Virus record (IMG/VR): IMGVR_UViG_3300037408_000144
Coordinates: 1 to 61,148 of that record
DNA from: a virus
Taxonomy: Duplodnaviria > Caudoviricetes
Length of the DNA stretch: 61,148 nt
Reading direction: 5' to 3' (one strand)
Shown here: piece after piece, positions 37,024 through 45,652 of the stretch
How positions within the stretch are numbered: the first letter of the stretch is position 1
How the letters are laid out: the number at the start of each line of letters is the position of its first letter
Made by a program: the position numbers and the translations under genes
The notes under the pieces: generated by a model
The model's database searches: none
The model's input: the letters and a program-made list of their open reading frames with translations, nothing else
What the model was told of the DNA's origin: nothing

Positions 37024-37265
37024 GGCAGGTAATCCCCGCCGCACTCAGGGCAAGGCAGCGCGTAGTCGGTCATCGGGTCCATGCCGTCGCCGCCGCAGCA
37101 AGGGCACTGCGGCTCGTCGCTGAAGTCTTCGTCGCGGTCGTCCCAGTAGTGCCCGCTACCGTCTGCGCGCTCTGGCACCGGCCGCCCAACCCCTCGCTCA
37201 ACCTGAGAGCCAACGGCGCCCGGGTTCTCGTGGCGCTCGCTCGCGCCGGTTGCTTTGTCTGTCAT
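37020..37265 (-). CDS. Small zinc-finger-like protein
   Basis: CPCCGGDG..CPECGG. Confidence 0.6.
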   Translation of the reverse strand: MTDKATGASERHENPGAVGSQVERGVGRPVPERADGSGHYWDDRDEDFSDEPQCPCCGGDGMDPMTDYALPCPECGGDYLP

Positions 37266-37669
37266 CGCGTTGGCTCCAGGTTAGCTCGAACGTTAGGCGT
37301 CAAGACCGACAGGTCCACCCAGCGTGGGTCGGCGAATCCTGGAAAGATCAGCGTCCACGTCTTGCGGCCGTGCGGCCTGATGCTCGGCGGGTGGCCGCTC
37401 ACCTTCAGTCCCGCCGCGTCTGCGATGCGCGGGGCGAAGTAGTCCACGTCGTCAGCCTGCGCCGCTTCGGTCCACGGCACCAGCAATAGGTCCAGGTCGC
37501 GCGTGAAGCTGCCGTGCGCCAAGCAGGCATAGCCGTAACTCCACGCGATGATGCGGGCCTGGGTGAACACCCGCGCGTAGTCAGGATCAATGATTCCAAA
37601 CGACTGCGCCGCAGGCGCGCCGCCAGCGCCGTCCTGCTCCCATCGGAATGATGTGAACGCTTCGTTCAT
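37262..37669 (-). CDS. Hypothetical protein, possible nucleotidyltransferase-like fold
   Basis: AHGSFTRDLDLL (GS..DxD) and WVDLSV. Confidence 0.6.
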   Translation of the reverse strand: MNEAFTSFRWEQDGAGGAPAAQSFGIIDPDYARVFTQARIIAWSYGYACLAHGSFTRDLDLLLVPWTEAAQADDVDYFAPRIADAAGLKVSGHPPSIRPHGRKTWTLIFPGFADPRWVDLSVLTPNVRANLEPTR

Positions 37670-37776
37670 TTCTTCCCCCAGTGCCGTTTAATCACCCACC
37701 AGACAATGCACCGCAGCACAAGCGTCGCGGCGACGATGGCTGCGGACGAGAGTGCGAAGAATGCGCCGTCATTCAT
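37666..37776 (-). CDS. Small membrane peptide (36 aa)
   Basis: MNDGAFFALSSAAIVAATLVLRCIVWWVIKRHWGKK; ATGA overlap. Confidence 0.55.
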   Translation of the reverse strand: MNDGAFFALSSAAIVAATLVLRCIVWWVIKRHWGKK

Positions 37777-37777
37777 T

Positions 37778-37969
37778 TCAGTCGCACTCCTCTAACGAAG
37801 CACGCTCATAAGACTGGCGGGCCAATGCTTTCTTCTGCGCGTCAGTGAAGGTGCTCCAGAGTTTTTGCACTTCTTCGCTGACGTAGTTTTTCCATTCATG
37901 CACAAGGCCAGAGCAGTCCCAGGCTGGGTCTTTCCAGTCACGTGGCGTAAAAGCCTTCATTGCCGTCAC
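37778..37969 (-). CDS. Hypothetical protein
   Basis: P.W...VHEWKNYVSEEVQKLW. Confidence 0.65.
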   Translation of the reverse strand: MTAMKAFTPRDWKDPAWDCSGLVHEWKNYVSEEVQKLWSTFTDAQKKALARQSYERASLEECD

Positions 37970-38122
37970 TCATACGCACGTCGTGGTGCAGTTACCTCCA
38001 CCGTAGCAGCAGGTCGTGCAGATCACCATCTTCCCGTTGATGAAGTACGTGTGCGTGGAGCAGTACGCCAGGGCTGCCGTCGAGGCAAGCGCCAGGGCAA
38101 GGGTGATGACGAAACGTTTCAT
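37970..38122 (-). CDS. Secreted Cys-rich peptide (50 aa)
   Basis: GGAGG SD; MKRFVITLALALASTAALA/YCSTHTYFINGKMVICTTCCYGGGNCTTTCV. Confidence 0.8.
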   Translation of the reverse strand: MKRFVITLALALASTAALAYCSTHTYFINGKMVICTTCCYGGGNCTTTCV

Positions 38123-38307
38123 GGGGTTTCCTCCAGTGGTGTGGTTGAGTCGAGTTGGTGCGCCAGGTCGATGGCGGCGTTCTGCATCTCGAACAGGCAG
38201 TTCTCAAGGCGGGCGATCTTGGCATCCAGCCTGGCGATCTCGTCGGCCGCCGCACGCTGCAGCACCAGGCTGGGATGTTGGTTGATGAGTGCTTCGCGCA
38301 GGTTCAC
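38119..38307 (-). CDS. Hypothetical coiled-coil protein (62 aa)
   Basis: GGAGGT SD; GTGA/ATGA overlaps. Confidence 0.65.
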   Translation of the reverse strand: MNLREALINQHPSLVLQRAAADEIARLDAKIARLENCLFEMQNAAIDLAHQLDSTTPLEETP

Positions 38308-38498
38308 GTTACCTCCTGGAAAAACTCTGCGTCGGTGTCGAACAGCTTGGTCAACTCCACGATGCGATAGTCCCGTTCGAGCCAGTCCTCCAGCACGACC
38401 TTCCTGGCGCGGGCCTCGTCGGGTGCTGTTAGACAGACCCTGGCTGTCTCGTTGCGCTGGTGGCTGTAAGCCCGTATGTAGTAAGCGGTGCCGATCAC
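38304..38498 (-). CDS. Hypothetical protein
   Basis: GGAGG SD; overlaps. Confidence 0.65.
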   Translation of the reverse strand: MIGTAYYIRAYSHQRNETARVCLTAPDEARARKVVLEDWLERDYRIVELTKLFDTDAEFFQEVT

Positions 38499-39757
38499 AC
38501 CTCCTCCGTCGCATACTGGTCGATCCAGCGGATCGCATCACGCCGGGCGAGCTCGGCGCTGCCGTATCCCACCCCGGCGTAGGCGATGACTTCCTCGACG
38601 TCCTCGATGGTGTACCCCCAGCTCCCCGGCTCGTCCTCGCTCACGGTGATGCAGTGGCGCTTGTACCAGGTGGTCGACGCGCCGGTGTCGTCCTGCACTT
38701 CGCGGTACAGGTAGTCCGGATCCTCCGGCTCCTCCTCCTGCGGCACCAGGTCCACCAGGTCGGCGTAGTAGCACAGCACCTCGGCGACGGCCTCGGGGCG
38801 TTGCTTGCAGTGCCCCTTGAGCGTGGGCATGCTTTGCGTGACGAACGCATCCATGATGGCCTTCATGTTGCCCACCAGGTCGTCGGTGTACTTGTTCTCC
38901 GTCACGATGAACCGGCTGAACAGCGCATCCAGCGCCTCGGCACCGAAGTCGTCCAGCATGTCGGACACATCCTCGACGTCGCCCATCATCACGGCTTCGA
39001 TGAACTCCGCCTCGCGGGCCTGGTTCCACTGCGGGCCCTGGTTGCGATCGACCTTCCAGGACTCGTAGGCGTCGTTGTCGAACCCCTCCCAGGTGGCCTC
39101 GTAATCCCGCCGCGCTGTGTGCGCAGTGAGTGCTGTCGACCCGTGGCTCCAGTAGCTCGACCGGGACTTGTACCCCTTGATGAGCAGCGCGGGGTCCCAG
39201 GCATAGGTGTTGGCGAACCACAGTGCGCCGTGCTTGATGCCCTGGTCCTCGTTGATGACCGACAGCACGCCATCGCTGTCCATGAAGACGAAGCGGTTGT
39301 TGCCGATGAACTCGGCCAGCATGCGGCGGAACCCCTCGTCGTGGATCAGCTCGGGGTACTTCGACACCGGGCCTTCGAGGAAGTCCTTGCAAAAATGCCA
39401 GGTGTCGCTCTTGGTCTTGTCCGCGTCGTTGCCGGTATCGAGGATGCCGTTGTGCATGAGCGCCACCTGCCCGGGGACCACCACGTATGGGTGGCAGTTG
39501 GTCGTGTCGGTGTCGCCGTGCGTGGTAAGTCGGGCATGCAGCGCCATCGAGCGGTTGTCATCGGGCATCTGCTCCACCACGCGGCGGAAATCCTCGACGC
39601 TGCGCGGCAGGGTCTTGACGATCTTCATGCCGCGCTTGTTGCGGTACATCAGGCCGAGGCCGTCGGAGTTGTACTTGTAGATGCTCTCGATGAGCCCGGC
39701 GGTGCCGAGCAGGGTGGAGCGCATCTCGTTGCTGGGTCCGGTGAGAATAATGCACAT
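38495..39757 (-). CDS. Class II (Ntn) glutamine amidotransferase
   Basis: N-terminal MCII, NSDGLG, HARLTTHG, NCHPY, MHNG, SDT. Confidence 0.9.
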   Translation of the reverse strand: MCIILTGPSNEMRSTLLGTAGLIESIYKYNSDGLGLMYRNKRGMKIVKTLPRSVEDFRRVVEQMPDDNRSMALHARLTTHGDTDTTNCHPYVVVPGQVALMHNGILDTGNDADKTKSDTWHFCKDFLEGPVSKYPELIHDEGFRRMLAEFIGNNRFVFMDSDGVLSVINEDQGIKHGALWFANTYAWDPALLIKGYKSRSSYWSHGSTALTAHTARRDYEATWEGFDNDAYESWKVDRNQGPQWNQAREAEFIEAVMMGDVEDVSDMLDDFGAEALDALFSRFIVTENKYTDDLVGNMKAIMDAFVTQSMPTLKGHCKQRPEAVAEVLCYYADLVDLVPQEEEPEDPDYLYREVQDDTGASTTWYKRHCITVSEDEPGSWGYTIEDVEEVIAYAGVGYGSAELARRDAIRWIDQYATEEV

Positions 39758-39781
39758 GGTATGGATTCCTTTCAGTGTGGG

Positions 39782-41509
39782 TCAGGCGGCAACTGCGTAG
39801 TCGGCTTCGTCGGCGGGCTCGATGGCAACCGGTGGTGCCGTGTTCCTCGGGGTGCCGTGCTTGGGGTGGATGGCGTACCACTTCGCCAGGTGGGCGTACT
39901 GCCCGGAGTGCCTGCGAAGCCACGACAGGAACGCCCCGCCGTTGAGATTCTTGTAGCTCTCCGAGCGGCAGAACATGAGCAGGGCGTGCGTGAACTCCAG
40001 CTGTGCCAGCAGCCGCTCCTTGCGCAGCGACGCCCGGAAGATCCGCACCTCGATCGTGTTGTACGAGCCACCCCCAGCGTCAGGGTCCAGGCCCAGTCGG
40101 TCGACCTCCGACTGGCGAAGGTTCGACGTGTTCACCATCACATACCGGCTGGACGATTTCCCCTTGAGCACCTTGGCCGGGGAACTTATCGTAGATGAGT
40201 CCACGTCGAACCCGGCGTACGTCTGTGCCTGGTGATCCTGCGCCGGGTGACGTCCTGCGATCTGACGGATGAACGTGGCGTTCTTCGTGTCGTTGAAGAA
40301 CGTGATGAATTTCCCCAGCGTGAGTGCTGAGAACGCCCGGCTGTCGATGTGGACGTGCATCCCGCACCGCCCGGTGTCCCACGCCCGCAGGGAGGGCGCA
40401 GGGGTCCAGGTGGAGAACTTCTCGACGTGCCTGCCGAGGCTGGTGGGCTGGGTGACGATCTCGATGCCACTCGCGCTGAGCGACCCGTCCGACTTGTATA
40501 TGGCGTACGACGACCTGAAGTGATCCCGCATGTCCTCGATGGCGTCGCGGACCCCGTCGCGGTACTTCGTCTCGACCTCCAGCTCGATGCCCATGTGGAA
40601 GTCACCATCGACGCGGGTCTCGAACGACCTGTCGATGGACAGGTGATCCAGCGCATCGGTGCCGTAGGACAACCGCCCGTCGTCCTCGTCCTCGTCGAAG
40701 TCCGGCTCCTCGCTCAGGTGGTAGCAGTCGTCGCTCTCCCAGTAGAACACGTCGTCTCGCCGGGCGTATCCGCCGTGCGGCTCGACACACACCACCTCGT
40801 CGTCCCAACACCCCTGACAGACAGTCTGCTCGTCCAGACCCCCGAACCCTCCGATGGTCTGCATGTCGCAGCGCAGCTCCACGTGCCCGCAGTCGGCCTC
40901 GACGGGGATGTAATCGTCCCATCCCCTGGCTTCCAGCGCGAGCGCCACGCGCTCTGCCGTTCCGCTGCTGTACGTGGCCAGGTTATCCAGTGCGTCCCGG
41001 ATCGAATCGCCCAACTCGCGCGACTCGGTGTCGTCGTCGCGCATGGCCTCGCGCATCAGGTCCGTCAGCCGGGCACGCCGCACGCGCGCCGCCATGAACG
41101 TATCCACCCTGCCCATGTAACGCGACCTCGGGAACCGATGAGCCACTTCTCTCGCGGTGCGCGAGGCGGTGGCGCTGTTCCGCTCCAACAGCAGCATGCG
41201 CAGGTAAGTCTGCTTCAGGTCGTCGGGCCAGTATTCCTTCGGCAGGTCGACGCCGTAGGCGTCCAACTGCGGGCGTTCGCTGGTCGACCAACTCTGGTGG
41301 CAAACCGAGTTAGACCATTCCGTCGGATCGCTAAGAACGACCGTGACCTGCATGTACCCATGCCTGCCGTAGACTTCCAGCCATGCCGTGGTGAAACCGT
41401 GGCGGTTGATGACGACACGCAGGCCGGTCTGCGGGTCGATGGTCGGCACGGGGGGCTGTTCGCACAGCGCCTTCAGTGCTTCGTACGTCAAGGGGAGGTG
41501 GGTTTGCAT
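39782..41509 (-). CDS. Amidoligase (COOH-NH2 ligase fold, 575 aa)
   Basis: GIELEVE, KSDGSL, GIEIVTQP, CGMHVHI, RY..VN, TIEVRIFR. Confidence 0.85.
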   Translation of the reverse strand: MQTHLPLTYEALKALCEQPPVPTIDPQTGLRVVINRHGFTTAWLEVYGRHGYMQVTVVLSDPTEWSNSVCHQSWSTSERPQLDAYGVDLPKEYWPDDLKQTYLRMLLLERNSATASRTAREVAHRFPRSRYMGRVDTFMAARVRRARLTDLMREAMRDDDTESRELGDSIRDALDNLATYSSGTAERVALALEARGWDDYIPVEADCGHVELRCDMQTIGGFGGLDEQTVCQGCWDDEVVCVEPHGGYARRDDVFYWESDDCYHLSEEPDFDEDEDDGRLSYGTDALDHLSIDRSFETRVDGDFHMGIELEVETKYRDGVRDAIEDMRDHFRSSYAIYKSDGSLSASGIEIVTQPTSLGRHVEKFSTWTPAPSLRAWDTGRCGMHVHIDSRAFSALTLGKFITFFNDTKNATFIRQIAGRHPAQDHQAQTYAGFDVDSSTISSPAKVLKGKSSSRYVMVNTSNLRQSEVDRLGLDPDAGGGSYNTIEVRIFRASLRKERLLAQLEFTHALLMFCRSESYKNLNGGAFLSWLRRHSGQYAHLAKWYAIHPKHGTPRNTAPPVAIEPADEADYAVAA

Positions 41510-41621
41510 AGGTTTCCTTCGGTGTAGGCGCACGCGAGCCACCTGCTCTGCCGTGCGGGTCGATGTATGCCGGGCACTCAAGCCCGGCCCTCGGTGTCGC
41601 GCCGTATGCTCGGCGTTCCAT

Positions 41622-41633
41622 CTAACTCGTTAG
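41622..41633. promoter_or_regulatory. CTAACTCGTTAG palindrome
   Basis: Perfect copy at a gene end, upstream of the amidoligase. Confidence 0.7.
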
Positions 41634-41836
41634 TGCTTGGTACTGGCCAAGCCGAACTCCTGCAGCATGGACAGCCGCATACCCACGGTCATGAGCAGCA
41701 GCCCCACGTTCACCATGTGCTGCGGGGTGCACAGGTCGGTCATGTCGCTATCCCTGATCCAATCCTCCACGGCCTCCAGCAGGTCGCAGAAATCCATCTC
41801 CTGCTCGTCTGATGAGTGCTGCGCGTCGGGGGTCAC
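41630..41836 (-). CDS. Hypothetical protein
   Basis: GTGA overlap. Confidence 0.55.
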   Translation of the reverse strand: MTPDAQHSSDEQEMDFCDLLEAVEDWIRDSDMTDLCTPQHMVNVGLLLMTVGMRLSMLQEFGLASTKH

Positions 41837-42084
41837 GGCCTGCCCCGGTCATCCACCCAGCACATGCTGCTGGGGCTGTCGTCATCGAACCAAGGGTCGG
41901 CCTGGTCCGCGGCTTCGCTCAACGCCTCGAACGCGCGCTCGACGTTCATCTGCTCGCTCGTCGTGCCCAGGCGTTTCAGGCTGCGCTGCGCGCTGATGTA
42001 CCGGTGCGCGGCCCGCACGAGGGCGTGCATGTCGTCGGTGAACAGCTCCTGCATGCTGGGTGGAGGGTAGTTGTCTTCGTTCAC
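41833..42084 (-). CDS. Hypothetical protein
   Basis: GGAG SD; overlaps. Confidence 0.65.
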   Translation of the reverse strand: MNEDNYPPPSMQELFTDDMHALVRAAHRYISAQRSLKRLGTTSEQMNVERAFEALSEAADQADPWFDDDSPSSMCWVDDRGRP

Positions 42085-42212
42085 AGGTACTCCCGGTGGA
42101 TGTGCTTGGGCCGGCGGTGCTTGGCCGGGGTGAACCGCACGACGGGCTTGATGGGCGTGCGGGGCTTGGTACGCAGACGCGGCACCAGCAGTGTGGGCGG
42201 CGGGCGATTCAT
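42081..42212 (-). CDS. Small basic Pro/Arg-rich protein (43 aa)
   Basis: AAGGAG SD; MNRPPPTLLVPRLRTKPRTPIKPVVRFTPAKHRRPKHIHREYL. Confidence 0.55.
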   Translation of the reverse strand: MNRPPPTLLVPRLRTKPRTPIKPVVRFTPAKHRRPKHIHREYL

Positions 42213-42233
42213 GTGGCTCCTTCGGTGGGGTGA

Positions 42234-42262
42234 AATCTAACGTGTTAGTGCGAGGGTGTCAA
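42234..42262 (-). promoter_or_regulatory. sigma70 promoter TTGACA-N17-TAGATT containing the palindrome (42237-42248)
   Basis: Consensus -35, 17-nt spacer; the palindrome supplies the TAG of the -10. Confidence 0.8.
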
Positions 42263-42360
42263 CGCGCCATCGTGGCGACATCCAGTGCGGCCAGGAAAAA
42301 CCACGTCCAGCATGCGGCAGTGGCGGCGATGAACAGCAGGGCTCTCCAGTTCGGTGTCAT
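42259..42360 (-). CDS. Small membrane peptide (33 aa)
   Basis: MTPNWRALLFIAATAACWTWFFLAALDVATMAR. Confidence 0.5.
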   Translation of the reverse strand: MTPNWRALLFIAATAACWTWFFLAALDVATMAR

Positions 42361-42460
42361 GGCTTGGGTTTCCTGTGGGTGACGAGGGCGAGGAACAGCC
42401 GGGGGTGCCGGCGGGCGATCGACAGCACGGAGTACGTGCGTCGCTTGTGGGGGTGGGGGG

Positions 42461-43321
42461 TCATGCGTTGGTGGGCTGGGACTGGGTGGCCAGCTGCAGG
42501 TCGTTACCTCCCCGCAGTTCGCGTTTGAGCTGGGTCAGGAGTGCGTGGCGCATCAGGCGGCTGCGTGCGCGCGGCCCGATGAGTGCTGCGATGGCGTCGT
42601 ACCGCTTGAGCAGATCGACGGGCATGCTGACTGAGATCCCGTCGGTGACGTCGCCGCGCTTTTCGTCGAGCAGCGGAGTCTCCGCGCTGACCAGGGCCAG
42701 GTGCGGCAGTGCGTCGGTCAGCAGCTTGCGGCACGCGTTGGATACGCTACCGAAGGCCAGCTTGATGGACGCAGCCCGCACGATCGCCGTCGCACGGGGC
42801 GACATGGGTAGCCGCACGATAGTGGTCTCGCCGGCCAGCGAGTTGCTGCGCAGTCGCATGGGTTTTCGCGGCATCCCGTACAGCGGCGGGGCGGGGTCGC
42901 CCATCACTATGCGGATGTTGTCGTTGGAGATCGAGGACATGGCGGCACGCACCGCCTCGTCGAACTTGGCCTGTCCACCCATACGCACCCGCAGTGCGCC
43001 GATCACCAGGGATCGCCAGAACGGAATGTCTGCCGGCACCTTGTAGTTCCACGCCAGGTCGACGACGCGGCCCAGGAGGATTCTGTTCAGGTACGTGGCT
43101 CCCATCGTCGGCCGGTTGGCTTCGATGGGATCGTTGGGGTGCAGTTGCACCGGGGGTGGTATGCGGTTGCCAAGCCCGCCGTCCTGCACCAGCAGGTCGG
43201 TGCCTTCGAGCACCAGCTGGGCGATAAGTTGACTAACAGACACCGAATCGGGCGAGTCTCGCACAATTCGCTGCAGCAGCTTGGACACGCCGACGGGTAG
43301 GGTGATGCGGTGACGGGGCAT
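42461..43321 (-). CDS. Probable multi-ribbon-helix-helix DNA-binding protein
   Basis: Repeated beta-alpha-alpha patterns: HRITLP..SVSQLIAQLV; IVRLPM..SVSNACRKLL; GISVSMP..RSRLMRHAL. Confidence 0.55.
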   Translation of the reverse strand: MPRHRITLPVGVSKLLQRIVRDSPDSVSVSQLIAQLVLEGTDLLVQDGGLGNRIPPPVQLHPNDPIEANRPTMGATYLNRILLGRVVDLAWNYKVPADIPFWRSLVIGALRVRMGGQAKFDEAVRAAMSSISNDNIRIVMGDPAPPLYGMPRKPMRLRSNSLAGETTIVRLPMSPRATAIVRAASIKLAFGSVSNACRKLLTDALPHLALVSAETPLLDEKRGDVTDGISVSMPVDLLKRYDAIAALIGPRARSRLMRHALLTQLKRELRGGNDLQLATQSQPTNA

Positions 43322-43351
43322 CTAGGGCTCCAGAGTGATCGTGTTTGGAAT

Positions 43352-43363
43352 CTAACACGTTAG
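43352..43363. promoter_or_regulatory. CTAACACGTTAG palindrome / extended -10 (TGtTAGATT on minus) upstream of the RHH-like gene
   Basis: Perfect copy 31 nt upstream of the ATG. Confidence 0.75.
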
Positions 43364-43489
43364 TCAAGATAGCAGCACAAGACCCTGCAGTGCGTAGGGG
43401 TACTGCGTGGAATAGCGGCAGTGGAGGGGCGATTGCCGCGTGCTAAAGTGACAAGGAACACAGAGGAACTGTGTTGGGAACAGCTTTCA

Positions 43490-43830
43490 AAGCTAGCATC
43501 TGGATCCAAAAAACGCCCCGAATTTGTACAGCAGCTGTATCAACTGCCATTCTTATAAGTTAGCGGGACGCCAGGAACAGCAGGAAAAAAATCAATACCC
43601 TGCCCCCACAGAAATTATCATGTACCTTATGCTCTTAATTAGTACATGCTAAAAACGGTGGTAATAGGGTATTGATTTTTTTTCGATTGGATCCTTGGTT
43701 CCTGATAAAATGTTCGTAAGTAGAAATAGAAATCGACTTGCTGCTGTACACATTTGCAGCAGAAGTGTGGTTCGATGCGAATTTATGAACACGTGTACCT
43801 ATGTATTCCTATCATACATAGTAGCAAACA
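43490..43830. other. AT-rich non-coding region with nested inverted repeats (candidate replication origin)
   Basis: 17-bp IR 43585-43601/43666-43682; 11-bp IR 43525-43535/43740-43750. Confidence 0.5.
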
Positions 43831-43903
43831 GCCGCACGAGTGTCGCAACCCGCACGCACGTGCCGAAAATGAGTGCTGACGCAAGGCGCTTGCGCGCCTG
43901 CCG

Positions 43904-44161
43904 CTACTTGCGCTTCCTCCACGCGCCGCCATCCGCAGGCGCTTCGCCGCGAGGAACCCCGCCGATCCGCGACCCGATGCCGTACACCCGCGCGTACTGG
44001 CACGCAGCCAGCGTAGGGTTGCCGATTCTGCCGAGTGCCGCATAGGCCGCGCCGATCGGCGGCGAGTTATCGACCTTGCCGTGATACTCGGCATCGCTCA
44101 TGATGCAAAGGCCGTCGCCGCGCGGCATCGAGCCTGCGGGAAGTCTGAAAGTGCGGGACAT
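43904..44161 (-). CDS. Hypothetical early protein
   Basis: Directly follows the upstream stop. Confidence 0.5.
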   Translation of the reverse strand: MSRTFRLPAGSMPRGDGLCIMSDAEYHGKVDNSPPIGAAYAALGRIGNPTLAACQYARVYGIGSRIGGVPRGEAPADGGAWRKRK

Positions 44162-44162
44162 G

Positions 44163-44405
44163 TCAGGCCCCCAGTTCTGCGCAGGTCAGCGCGTCGCTGC
44201 ACACCGTGCCGTAGCCCGCCATGTCGCCGCCGCACACTTCCCACATGGCGTCCTGCCAGTCCTGGCGCATCTCGCTTTCGCGCAGCACGCTCCACGCGTT
44301 GCCGACGGGGCCGATATACGTCCACGGCACGCATTGGGCCTGCGGCTCCACGCCGAAGATGGTCTGTGGCACGTAGAGGTGCCCGCGGTGAAATGCAGTG
44401 TTCAT
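44163..44405 (-). CDS. Hypothetical early protein
   Basis: GGAG SD. Confidence 0.65.
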   Translation of the reverse strand: MNTAFHRGHLYVPQTIFGVEPQAQCVPWTYIGPVGNAWSVLRESEMRQDWQDAMWEVCGGDMAGYGTVCSDALTCAELGA

Positions 44406-44466
44406 GCTAACTCCGTTGTCTGCGCACCATTGCGCATTGCCTAACCCGCTAACACAGGCTAGGCAA

Positions 44467-44487
44467 TGCGGCCCCGTCGGGGCCGCA
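44467..44487 (-). terminator. GC hairpin after the first early gene
   Basis: TGCGGCCCC-N3-GGGGCCGCA; weak T tail. Confidence 0.4.
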
Positions 44488-44494
44488 CTGGGGC

Positions 44495-44968
44495 TTACTC
44501 GGCCGTCGCGGGCTGCTCGGCGCCGTTTTCCACCACGTCACCCTCGGCCACCTCGGGCTTGAAGGCGGGCAGCTGCTGCAACGCGTTGCACAGCATGCGG
44601 GCTTCGGCTTGCTTGGTCAGCTTGCCGGCACTGGTGCGCTCCTTGTACTCGGCGCGCAGAACCGCGTTGATGAGCGTGCCCATCGTGGACTTGTTCGCCC
44701 AGGGAGTGCCGATCAACTTCTCGGCGGCCTTGCCGATCGCGGGAAACGCGGCGCACAGGATGTCCGACGCGGGACGATAACGGCCATTGGCGGCCTTGAG
44801 CAGCGCAGCTTCGAGCGCGGCATCCTTCAGCGCAGCGAGCGCAGCGCCGCCCTTGAACAGCGCGCCCTCAGCGGTCATGGTATGCCCGTTGCCCTTCTTG
44901 TCGAAGTAGGCGACGGCACCCGTGTCGGCGTTGGAAAAGATGGCAATGGCGGTTTCGATCTTGGTCAT
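44495..44968 (-). CDS. Hypothetical early protein (first gene of the minus arm)
   Basis: GGAG SD; strongly biased codons. Confidence 0.8.
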   Translation of the reverse strand: MTKIETAIAIFSNADTGAVAYFDKKGNGHTMTAEGALFKGGAALAALKDAALEAALLKAANGRYRPASDILCAAFPAIGKAAEKLIGTPWANKSTMGTLINAVLRAEYKERTSAGKLTKQAEARMLCNALQQLPAFKPEVAEGDVVENGAEQPATAE

Positions 44969-45326
44969 GGTGAACTCCAGTAGGGGTTAGGACACTGCAC
45001 CCGGAATGGGCACAGTGGATAGCCCCCTAGGGGCTTGCCTACGGGTTAGCGTAGGCCGTGCGCTACATTGCCGCGACTACGGATAACGTCGGACTTCCAC
45101 CCCAAACCATGCGGATCTATGCCATGCAGGGAGATGCTATTCACTAAACCCGGCCCATGTTTTTCTCGGGTTAGCCCTTCGCGTGCTGCGCATGATTCAA
45201 GGGATGCCGACGCGCCGCGAACACTTCGCACACGTTGGCGCAATATCTCACCCCTATTGCGAAGGGTCGGGCAATAGTGGACGGCCTAGCTTGCGCCGCA
45301 AGTCAACACCGATCCCGAAGTCAAAT

Positions 45327-45338
45327 TGTGAAAGAGCG
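45327..45338 (-). promoter_or_regulatory. boxA-like antitermination element CGCTCTTTCACA
   Basis: 11/12 match to the boxA consensus (C/T)GCTCTTTAACA. Confidence 0.6.
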
Positions 45339-45423
45339 GGCTCCAAGTCAGTCTGAGCGGTTCATGCGAGCGTCGCGGGGCCACGAGGGCGAGCGGCGCG
45401 AAGGCACGAGGCATCGACTAACT

Positions 45424-45435
45424 TGTTAAAGAGCG
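45424..45435 (-). promoter_or_regulatory. boxA antitermination element CGCTCTTTAACA
   Basis: Exact consensus, oriented into the early arm. Confidence 0.7.
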
Positions 45436-45652
45436 GTACTACACCTAGGGGGCCGCGTCAGGCAGGGGGCGGCGGGGGAGGGGGTACCGGGTGGGGCCGC
45501 GGGCACGCGAGGGGGTACCCCCCGCCTAGGACCCGCTCAGACATCCCAGCCCATTTTTGAACTACTTAGCACCACCATGTAAAGCTCCGCCTACGCTCAG
45601 TCCCCCCCCCAACCCCTGCCGTCCCGCTACCTTTGATACACTTCGCACTAAC

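Noticed and set aside
43695-44045. 116-aa plus-strand ORF in the AT-rich island
   Set aside because: TTG start, no SD, opposite to the local gene direction and overlapping the inverted repeats
45418-45429. Palindrome copy at 45418 as a certain operator
   Set aside because: One mismatch and overlaps boxA, which may explain the resemblance; counted only as tentative
45046-45429. Short ORFs in the early leader
   Set aside because: No SD, atypical codons; better explained as a regulatory leader
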